Source of the DNA: Patescibacteria group bacterium
Lineage (GTDB): Bacteria; Patescibacteriota; Minisyncoccia; CAIUEV01; JAHKAQ01
Length of the DNA stretch: 64,000 bases
Assembly: GCA_034716235.1 (NCBI GenBank)
Contig: JAYEHH010000032.1
Coordinates: 370 to 64,369, forward strand
Direction of reading: 5' to 3'
Under the pieces are notes generated by a model, which was not told where the DNA came from, did not search any database, and worked only from the letters and a program-made list of their open reading frames with translations. Positions 56,352-64,000 of the stretch are shown piece by piece. A program made the translations under genes and the position numbers. Positions within the stretch are counted from its first letter, which is position 1. Each line of letters begins with the position of its first letter.

Positions 56352-58736
56352 ATGTCCAAACTTCTCACCGAAAAATATAACTTTGAGCGAATAGAAAACC
56401 AATGGAAAAAATTCTGGGAGGATAAACAATTATTTAAGTTTCGCTACAACAACCAGAAACCATTCTTTGTTGTGGACACTCCTCCCCCTTATGTTTCAGC
56501 CGATCATCTGCATGCCGGCCATATCATGTCTTATGCTCAAGCCGAATTTATTGTGCGCTACAAAAGAATGCGGGGCTATAATGTCTTCTACCCAATGGGC
56601 TTTGACGACAATGGCTTACCCACCGAGAGATTTGTAGAAAAGAAATATAATCTAAATAAGGGCAAAATAAAACGCTCAGAATTTATTAAAATTTGTTTGA
56701 AAGAGACTAAAAAGGGTTCCCTGGCTTACAAAAAGTTATGGAACGATTTAGGAATTTCAGTTGATTGGAGCAAAACTTACAGCACCATTAGCCCCTTGGC
56801 TGTAAAAGTTTCTCAGCGATCAATTATCGATCTCTATAAAAAGAAAGCTCTTTATAGAGGTGAATCTCCAATTTTATGGTGCCCTTCCTGTCGAACAGCT
56901 ATCGCTCAAGCCGATCTAGAAGACGTAGAAATAGAATCTCAAATGAATTACCTAAAATTCAAATCTGGCAAGAAAGGCTTAATCATAGCTACAACCAGAC
57001 CAGAGCTTCTTCCTGCTTGCGTAGCTCTCTATATTAATCCTGGAGATAAACGATATACCAACCTAGTAGGCAAGAAAGCGCAGGTACCACTTTTTAAACG
57101 TTCCGTTCCCATAAAAACAAGCTCGGAAGTGGTTATGGATAAAGGCACTGGAATAATGATGGTTTGCACTTGGGGTGATCAAGAAGATTTAGCTAAATGG
57201 AAAACCGATAAATTAGACACTCGACATATCTTAGAACAAGACGGTCGATTAAATAAATTGGGTGGCAAATATCAGGGATTGAAAATAAAAGTTGCTCGTC
57301 AGCAAATTATTGATGATCTTAAAAAGGGTGATTATTTGATTAAGCAAGAATCAATTAAGCATTCCGTGAATGTTCATGAAAGATGTGGCACTCCTGTAGA
57401 ATTGATTCCCAGCAAGCAATGGTTTATTAGAATTATCAATTTAAAAAAGAAATGGTTGGAATATAAAGATAAATTAAATTGGCATCCGGCTAGAATGGCC
57501 AAAGATTATCAGATGTGGGTGGATTCTCTAAAATGGGACTGGTGTGTCTCAAGACAGCGTTATTACGGGGTCCCCTTCCCCCTTTGGTATTGTGCTAAAT
57601 GCAAAACTCCAATTTTTGCTACCGAAAAAGATTTGCCGGTCAATCCTATAGAAGAAGCTCCTTCAATTAAAAAATGTCCTAAATGTGGTCACACTAAATT
57701 TGAACCAGAAACCGATGTTCTAGATACATGGGCAACTTCTTCCTGCACCCCTTTCCTCCTAAAAGAATTAGTTAGAGATGAAAAAGTAAAAGAAAAACTT
57801 TTTCCAGCTACTTTAAGGCCAAACGCTTTTGAAATTATAAGAACTTGGGACTTTTATTCAATTGTTAAAAGCCACTATCATTTTGGCAAATTACCCTTTA
57901 AAAATATTATGATTTCCGGACATGGGCAGGATGAGCAGGGAAGAAAATTTTCCAAAAGATTAAACAATTACGACCCTTCTGATAAATTACTTAAAAATTG
58001 GGGGGCGGATGCTATTAGATATTGGGCTACTGGATCTTCTTTGGGACAAAATTTACGATTTAACCCTAAAGAAGTTAAAAAAGGTAAAAGAACTACCACT
58101 AAGCTTTGGAATGTAGGTAGATTTTTAGCAATTAATTCCGAGGATTCTACTTTAAAAAACATTAAAACCGCTACTACTCTAGAATATGCTGACATTTGGA
58201 TTATTGAGGAATTAAATAAAACAATTCAGCAAGTAACTGAAGCTTTTGAAAATTATGCTTACGCTAAAGCCAAAAACGAGTTAGATTCTTTTTTCTGGTC
58301 TAAATTAGCCGATTATTACATTGAATTTATCAAATATCGTCTTAATGGTGACAAAAAAGAGTCCCGAGATATGGCTCAAACTACTCTTTCCACCGTCTTC
58401 CTGTCTGTTTTAAAAATGTATGCTCCCCTCCTACCTTTTATAACTGAAGAGATCTACCAAGATTTATTTAAAAAAACCGAAGCCAGGGAGAGCATTCATA
58501 TTAGCGATTGGCCTAAAATTATAAAAATTAAAACATCCACCGATATTAAAGATTTTCAAGAAGCTCTAGATGCCATTAACGAAATCAGAAAGTACAAGAC
58601 TACTCAGGGAATATCTTTAGGATTTGAGTTAGAAGAATACTCCTTAAAGACCAAAGTTAACCTTCCCAAATATCAAGAACTCATTAAAAATGCCATTAAG
58701 GTAAAACAATTATTGCCCGAAATTAAAAGTTCTTGA
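56352..58736 (+). CDS. valS: valine--tRNA ligase (archaeal-type, short)
   Basis: The track ORF starts at a TTG (56337) inside the repeat, so the ATG at 56352 (MSKLLTEKYNF...) is preferred. Motifs: PPPYVSADHLHAGH (HIGH region), ATTRPELLPACVALYINPGDKRY and GTGIMMVCTWGDQED (ValRS-type editing domain), and KFSKRL (KMSKS). Confidence 0.75.
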   Translation: MSKLLTEKYNFERIENQWKKFWEDKQLFKFRYNNQKPFFVVDTPPPYVSADHLHAGHIMSYAQAEFIVRYKRMRGYNVFYPMGFDDNGLPTERFVEKKYNLNKGKIKRSEFIKICLKETKKGSLAYKKLWNDLGISVDWSKTYSTISPLAVKVSQRSIIDLYKKKALYRGESPILWCPSCRTAIAQADLEDVEIESQMNYLKFKSGKKGLIIATTRPELLPACVALYINPGDKRYTNLVGKKAQVPLFKRSVPIKTSSEVVMDKGTGIMMVCTWGDQEDLAKWKTDKLDTRHILEQDGRLNKLGGKYQGLKIKVARQQIIDDLKKGDYLIKQESIKHSVNVHERCGTPVELIPSKQWFIRIINLKKKWLEYKDKLNWHPARMAKDYQMWVDSLKWDWCVSRQRYYGVPFPLWYCAKCKTPIFATEKDLPVNPIEEAPSIKKCPKCGHTKFEPETDVLDTWATSSCTPFLLKELVRDEKVKEKLFPATLRPNAFEIIRTWDFYSIVKSHYHFGKLPFKNIMISGHGQDEQGRKFSKRLNNYDPSDKLLKNWGADAIRYWATGSSLGQNLRFNPKEVKKGKRTTTKLWNVGRFLAINSEDSTLKNIKTATTLEYADIWIIEELNKTIQQVTEAFENYAYAKAKNELDSFFWSKLADYYIEFIKYRLNGDKKESRDMAQTTLSTVFLSVLKMYAPLLPFITEEIYQDLFKKTEARESIHISDWPKIIKIKTSTDIKDFQEALDAINEIRKYKTTQGISLGFELEEYSLKTKVNLPKYQELIKNAIKVKQLLPEIKSS

Positions 58737-58823
58737 TTCTCCTTAAAAAATTCGGTATACTTTTTATAGAAATTAACAACGAACTAAATTGTTCAATTTT
58801 TAACTTGTAATATTCATTTGATC

Positions 58824-59384
58824 ATGGCTAAAGCAAAAAAATCTTTTCTCCAAAAATTAATCGGCAAAGAAGACGAGGTAGAAGAACAGGTTGACTATGA
58901 GACAGGTACTGCCGAAGACATGGGACAAAAAATAGATATTCAAGGAGACCAAATGCCCCCTCAAGAAGGGCAAGAGGGACAAATGCCCCAAGGAGGACAA
59001 CCACCCCAACAAGCAGGTGATAACCGTAGTAGTAATGAATGGGTGGCTGATCAGGAAGGACAATTGACTATTGACGTTTATCAGACAGAAACCGACATTG
59101 TTATTAAGTCTACCATCGCTGGAGTTAAACCAGAAAATTTAGATGTACAAATTAATAATGACATGGTTACCATTAAGGGAGAACGAAAACAAGAAGAAGA
59201 GATTAACGAAGAAGATTTTTATTATCAAGAATGTTATTGGGGATCCTTCTCTAGATCAATTATCTTGCCCGTAGATGTTCAAGCTAATAAAGCAGAAGCT
59301 ACTATGAAAAATGGCATTCTCACCATAAGATTACCCAAAGCAGACTCTGCCCAATCAAGAAAAATTCAAGTAAGAGGATACTAA
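58824..59384 (+). CDS. Hsp20/alpha-crystallin small heat-shock protein with Q/P-rich N-terminal region
   Basis: The ATG lies 6 nt inside the track ORF (MAKAKKS...). The alpha-crystallin domain shows VDVYQTETDIVIKSTIAGVKPENLDVQINNDMVTIKGER...ATMKNGILTIRLPK. Confidence 0.8.
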   Translation: MAKAKKSFLQKLIGKEDEVEEQVDYETGTAEDMGQKIDIQGDQMPPQEGQEGQMPQGGQPPQQAGDNRSSNEWVADQEGQLTIDVYQTETDIVIKSTIAGVKPENLDVQINNDMVTIKGERKQEEEINEEDFYYQECYWGSFSRSIILPVDVQANKAEATMKNGILTIRLPKADSAQSRKIQVRGY

Positions 59385-59400
59385 GTGTGTTTAAAAAAGT

Positions 59401-61254
59401 GTGTTTAAAAAAAAATTAAAATTTCTAAAACTTGTACCTGGAAGTAAAAAAGAAAGAAGGAGCTTATTCCTCTTGTCGGGATTATTTGTAATTATCCTAG
59501 TTTTTTTTATTTTTGCAGAGCTTTATCATGTTTACCAAAATAGAATTTACCCTCACATTTCTATAGCCGAAACATCCTTGGGATCTTTAGCCAACGAAAC
59601 AGCTAAAAATACTCTTGATAAAAAAGTAAATTTTTTAGAGCAAAAACAAATAATTCTTAGCAATAAAGAAAAGACAATTAAAACCTCTTTAACAGAATTA
59701 GGGATTCAGCTAGATCGAGAACGAATGCTCTCAATAGCCTATGAGGCTGGAAGAAAAGGAAATGTTTTGCAGAATATTTTAACGGTAATCGAAAATAGTA
59801 TTTTAGGCTTTGAGATACCTCTTTATTTTAAAGTTGATGAGAAACAAATTGATACTTTTATCTCCCAAGAATTAGAATCGTCCAGCCGAGCGCCTCAGTC
59901 TTCAGAAGTTATCTATCAAGATGGCTATTTTAAAATTACACCATCCAGAGATGGGCAAGGGATAGATTCTTTTTCCCTAGCTGCTCAAATAATGGAATGT
60001 TTGGACAATCCCAATCAAATCAATATTAACCTTCCTCCTGAAATTATAAAAAAACCTAAAATAGAAGAGCAACAAGCAATTAAAGCCAGAAACAAGGGTA
60101 ATAATATGTTAGCAACGATACCTAATTTTATTGCTGAAGATAAATATTGGACCACTGATAGAGATACTATTGCTAGCTTTATAATGTTTAAAAAAGTTCT
60201 TCGTCCTCATTTTAAACAAACAGGATTTAATCCTTCTGAAGATAATATCACTACTTATATTTATTCCTCACTTTCTGGAATTTATCCTGAAAAAGTCGAT
60301 GAAAGCTACCAGCTAGAAATGACATTTAATGAAAGCGCTATTAGAGATTATCTAAATAGTGTTGCTCCGGGAATTGAACAACCAGCTATTAACGCTGTCT
60401 TGGGATTTGAAAATGAAAAATTAGTAATTCTGGCCGAGAGTCATGATAAAAGAAGTTTAAACATAGAAGAAAGCATTGCCACTATAATAGAAAAAATAAT
60501 AGCTAGGCAAAGCCCTATTGAATTAATTGTTAGCAGAGAAGAAGCTTTAATTTCTCAAGAAACTATTGGGGCCTTAGGAATAGAAACACTGGTCGGCAAA
60601 GGAGAGTCAAATTTTTCAAGATCTCCAAGAAATAGAAGACATAATATTGCTACTGGAGCTAGTAAATTTAATGGTACGGTAATTGCGTCAGGAGAGACTT
60701 TTTCTTTTTTAACAATTTTAGGGCCGGTTACCGCTGCCACCGGGTATCTTCCAGAATTAGTAATCAAGGCTAATAAAACTGTTCCTGAATATGGAGGTGG
60801 TATGTGCCAAGTATCTACTACCGCCTTTCGAGGAGCTGTAAACTCCGGTTTTGAAGTTATTGAAAGGGTGAGTCACGCTTATCCAGTTAGTTATTATTCG
60901 CCTCAGGGTAGTGATGCTACAGTTTATATTCCTAGTCCTGATTTAAAATTTATTAACAATACTCCGGCTCATGTTTTGGTTCAAACAAAAATTGTTGGAA
61001 ATATTCTAACCTTTGAGTTTTATGGAACTCACGACGGGCGACGGGTTGAAACTATCGGTCCTATCACCTACGATAGAAAACCGGATGGAGCCATGAGAGC
61101 TAAATGGACTCAAAAAGTTTATAGAGCTGACGGTTCTCTCTTGTTGGAAAAAATATTTTTAAGTAAATACAATTCACCTAGCAAATATCCTCACCCGGGA
61201 GAAGAAGAAGATGAGGACAAAGATAAAGATAAGAAAAAGAAAAAGAAGCATTAA
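59401..61254 (+). CDS. VanW-family membrane-anchored protein
   Basis: 617 aa. It has an N-terminal TM and a C-terminal VanW domain (GGGMCQVSTTAFRGAVNSGFEVIERVSHAYPVSYY), with an acidic/Lys-rich tail. Confidence 0.75.
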   Translation: MFKKKLKFLKLVPGSKKERRSLFLLSGLFVIILVFFIFAELYHVYQNRIYPHISIAETSLGSLANETAKNTLDKKVNFLEQKQIILSNKEKTIKTSLTELGIQLDRERMLSIAYEAGRKGNVLQNILTVIENSILGFEIPLYFKVDEKQIDTFISQELESSSRAPQSSEVIYQDGYFKITPSRDGQGIDSFSLAAQIMECLDNPNQININLPPEIIKKPKIEEQQAIKARNKGNNMLATIPNFIAEDKYWTTDRDTIASFIMFKKVLRPHFKQTGFNPSEDNITTYIYSSLSGIYPEKVDESYQLEMTFNESAIRDYLNSVAPGIEQPAINAVLGFENEKLVILAESHDKRSLNIEESIATIIEKIIARQSPIELIVSREEALISQETIGALGIETLVGKGESNFSRSPRNRRHNIATGASKFNGTVIASGETFSFLTILGPVTAATGYLPELVIKANKTVPEYGGGMCQVSTTAFRGAVNSGFEVIERVSHAYPVSYYSPQGSDATVYIPSPDLKFINNTPAHVLVQTKIVGNILTFEFYGTHDGRRVETIGPITYDRKPDGAMRAKWTQKVYRADGSLLLEKIFLSKYNSPSKYPHPGEEEDEDKDKDKKKKKKH

Positions 61255-61279
61255 ATATAATAAAAATAATAATTAAAAA

Positions 61280-63076
61280 ATGGAAATTCTCAAGAAATAC
61301 GCCAATTACATCGCAGTAGCTATGTTAGTTCTAATGTTTTTTCTTTCTATTGGAAGTATGAAAAACGATTCTGCCATCCGCGATGAAATGCCTCATATCG
61401 TAGCTGGATATTCTTACCTCACTAAAGCCGACTACCGTATTAACCCCGAGCATCCTCCCCTAATAAAACAACTATGTGCCTTGCCATTATTATTCTTAGA
61501 TATAAATTTTCCAGATACTAATCCTGCTTGGAAAGACCATGTTAATGATCAATGGGCGTTAGGAGACATTTTTCTGTATCAATCAGGCAATGATGCTGAC
61601 CAAATGCTTTTTTGGGGAAGAATTCCTATTGTCCTGTTGATGTTACTTGCCGGTTGGATAATTTTCATTTGGACTAATGAGATATTCAAAAACAAATTAG
61701 CGGGGTTAATTGGGGTAACTCTTTTTGCCCTATCTCCTAACATTATTGCCCACGGACGATTTATTACTACCGACATGGGAGTGGCTACTTTTTCAGTTTT
61801 TGCTCTTTATTCTTGGTGGAAATTTCTCAAAAATCCTTCCTGGATTAAATTTAGTATAGCTTTTATACTACAGGCCTGTCTTCACTTGACTAAATTTTCT
61901 AGCCCTCTGTTTCTCCCAGTGATTGGTATAATGGCAATAATGGCTATTTTCGCCTATCAACAAAAATGGAGCTTAAGTAAACGAATAAAAATATACATCG
62001 GAGCAACCGTTATTGCTACCATACTTGCTTATGTTATTGTCGGAGCTTGGTACCAAGCTGCTAGTTATAAAATGCCACTAGCCGTTCAACAACAATTAAT
62101 TGAAGAGTCTACTTTTGACACTGATTTTAAGAATGCTGGATTAGCTACCAAGCTTACCAAGATGACTGAAATTCCGATTTTGAGACCGTATGTACAGTAT
62201 CTTCTCGGATTTATTATGGTGGCTACTCATGCTTCTTACGGTCATTCTACTTATTTCATGGGAGAGGTTGGCCAAAATTGGTCCGAGTATTATTTCATCG
62301 CCTATCTATTGAAAGAACCTTTAGCTTCTCAAATCTTCCTGGGGCTGGCATCTCTTATTTTAATAGGCGTTATCTTTAAATTTTTAAAAGCTAACCCCAA
62401 AAAGAAAGATTTTCAGGAAGCCTTTAAGAAATACAACATTTTCATTGCTTTTGGCGTGTTGATTATTCTCTACCTTATCTTGGGAATGAAAGCTAAGCTT
62501 CAGCTAGGTATTCGTTATATTATTCCTATTTTTTTCTACCTTTATATTATGATTGGTGGATTAATGGCTCATCAAATAGACCAACTCAAAAAAACGAACC
62601 GAGGCCTTTATAAATTTAGTTTAGGAATAATTATAGTCCTAATGGCTTGGCTTGGCTTGGCTAATTTCAAAAACTATCCTCATTATTTAGCCTATTTTAA
62701 CGAAACCATCGGCGGTCCTGAGAATGGTTGGAAATACTTGATAGATTCCAACATAGATTGGGGCCAAGATTTACGCAGACTTAAAAGTTATCTTGACGAA
62801 AATAATATTCAGAATATTAAAATAGATTATTTTGGAGGAGGAAATCTTAATTATTATCTTGGAGAAGGAAATTATGAGCTTTGGGGCTTTGATAGAGGGC
62901 CTACTACCGGTTGGCTAGCTGTTTCTATAAATGCCATCCAATGGAATTCGGCTAACACGGAAGATAAATCAAGCTATCACTGGCTAACAAGTAATCATGA
63001 ACCAGTAGCAAAAATTGGATATTCTATTTTTGTGTATCATTTGCCAGAAAAAGAATCTGAAGAGGAAGCTAAATAG
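61280..63076 (+). CDS. GT39/ArnT-like (PMT_2) lipid-carrier-dependent glycosyltransferase
   Basis: 598 aa polytopic protein (over 10 TMs). The DEMPHIVAGYSY loop after TM1 is typical of the GT-C family. Confidence 0.65.
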   Translation: MEILKKYANYIAVAMLVLMFFLSIGSMKNDSAIRDEMPHIVAGYSYLTKADYRINPEHPPLIKQLCALPLLFLDINFPDTNPAWKDHVNDQWALGDIFLYQSGNDADQMLFWGRIPIVLLMLLAGWIIFIWTNEIFKNKLAGLIGVTLFALSPNIIAHGRFITTDMGVATFSVFALYSWWKFLKNPSWIKFSIAFILQACLHLTKFSSPLFLPVIGIMAIMAIFAYQQKWSLSKRIKIYIGATVIATILAYVIVGAWYQAASYKMPLAVQQQLIEESTFDTDFKNAGLATKLTKMTEIPILRPYVQYLLGFIMVATHASYGHSTYFMGEVGQNWSEYYFIAYLLKEPLASQIFLGLASLILIGVIFKFLKANPKKKDFQEAFKKYNIFIAFGVLIILYLILGMKAKLQLGIRYIIPIFFYLYIMIGGLMAHQIDQLKKTNRGLYKFSLGIIIVLMAWLGLANFKNYPHYLAYFNETIGGPENGWKYLIDSNIDWGQDLRRLKSYLDENNIQNIKIDYFGGGNLNYYLGEGNYELWGFDRGPTTGWLAVSINAIQWNSANTEDKSSYHWLTSNHEPVAKIGYSIFVYHLPEKESEEEAK

Positions 63077-63083
63077 AAAATAC

Positions 63084-64000
63084 TTAATTTTTATTTGTTT
63101 CTTCTGTTTTCTCTTGTTTTTCTTGATCCTCTTGCTTCTTTTTAAATTCTTTTTTTAGATTCTCGCAATCATCGAAAAATCTATAGTAAACTTTATCGGT
63201 AATCCTAAGATCAACATACTCAATACAAATTCTATCTTCAGGATTAATTTCATTGTTTAAAATTATTTTAAGAGCTTCTGATTGAGCCAAGAGGGAAAAA
63301 TTAGTATTGAACAAAATTAGCCAGCCTTCAGCAGTTTTGCCTTTAATTTCTGAAGCCGATGGTAACGGAATAAATAACTCTTTAATCTCAACCTTATTTT
63401 TTGCACTAATAACTTTTTTAACATCTCGAATAAACTGAAGCTGATCTTGAGTGCTTATTCCCTTGCCTATTTCTATTTGGCTATTAGACTCGTCATGAAT
63501 TATTTCCGCCTCCGCACCGTATTTGGGCAAGTCATACAGAGGAATTCTAGCTAAAGCCATCCCATTTTTATCTAAAGGAGTGCAGCTATTTTGTCCACAA
63601 ACCAAAATTACGGTAGCTTTTTTGCTAATGGTTACTTCCAATTTTCCAAAAAGAATCTTTTTAATTTGCACATTTCCAAAGCTCTTCATTTTTTCCAGAA
63701 TAGCCACCTCCATTCTCCTTTTCTTTAAAAAAAAGAAATGACCTTGAGGAAAAATTCCCCAATGTTTTTCTTCTATAAACTGTTGCAACACCTCCTCAAC
63801 GGCTTGTTTTTCTTCTTGGCAATCTCCTTTAAAAATAATTTCTTCCACCGTTAATAGTGGAGAGAAGAATATAAAATAGACTAAAGCAACACCAGCCAGG
63901 ATCAAAGATAAACGATATCCTAACAAACCCAGTTTAGTTTTACGCCCAGAAACCAATAAATTTTTCGTGCGTAAATCAATTTTTGGTTTTCTGCGACGAC
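63084..64000 (-). CDS. FtsQ/DivIB-like cell-division protein (probably N-terminally incomplete in window)
   Basis: It has a basic N-region, one TM (LSLILAGVALVYFIFF) and a POTRA-like LLTVEEIIFKGD. The frame stays open upstream of the track start (63956, TTG) to position 64000, so the true start may lie outside the window. Confidence 0.45.
   Translation of the reverse strand, partial: RRRKPKIDLRTKNLLVSGRKTKLGLLGYRLSLILAGVALVYFIFFSPLLTVEEIIFKGDCQEEKQAVEEVLQQFIEEKHWGIFPQGHFFFLKKRRMEVAILEKMKSFGNVQIKKILFGKLEVTISKKATVILVCGQNSCTPLDKNGMALARIPLYDLPKYGAEAEIIHDESNSQIEIGKGISTQDQLQFIRDVKKVISAKNKVEIKELFIPLPSASEIKGKTAEGWLILFNTNFSLLAQSEALKIILNNEINPEDRICIEYVDLRITDKVYYRFFDDCENLKKEFKKKQEDQEKQEKTEETNKN

Overview
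This is an AT-rich bacterial chromosome segment using the standard genetic code: TGA, TAA and TAG all terminate conserved genes. Several traits suggest a Patescibacteria/CPR-like organism; this is inference, not a database result. They are an unlinked 23S rRNA carrying an intron and insertions, DUF4012-type envelope genes, and short spacers filled with mosaic repeats. The first part is a mostly minus-strand housekeeping block: ispH, polyprenyl synthase, rel, parAB, an envelope cluster, recO, ileS, nadD, ppa, gltX, a Ca/Na antiporter, 23S rRNA, a complete F1Fo atp operon, secDF, secA and hpf. Plus-strand genes follow: uvrA, an atypical membrane-anchored Clp-type ATPase, tsaD, a ~9.6 kb accessory island (46.4-56.0 kb), valS, hsp20, a VanW-family gene and a GT39-like glycosyltransferase. 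A minus-strand FtsQ-like gene sits at the window edge. The island holds a GmrSD-type (DUF262/DUF1524) enzyme and a McrBC system whose McrB carries three stacked putative modified-base reader domains. It also holds a tightly coupled Cas4-like PD-(D/E)XK nuclease plus HEPN-like gene pair of unknown function, and an ArdC/ImmA-like HExxH protein. A 73-75 bp direct repeat brackets the island, with half copies inside it. Other notable items: a group I intron and a stem-bounded ~330 nt insertion in 23S, the latter carrying a Shine-Dalgarno-led 39-codon hydrophobic ORF; a SecD with an embedded parvulin-like domain; and GC-rich MITE-like/mosaic repeats plus 9-nt word arrays at six intergenic loci. I recognised no tRNA, CRISPR array, 16S or 5S gene, transposase or integrase. 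CDS coordinates come from the supplied ORF track. Coordinates of non-ORF features were counted by hand from ORF anchors and may be off by a few nt.
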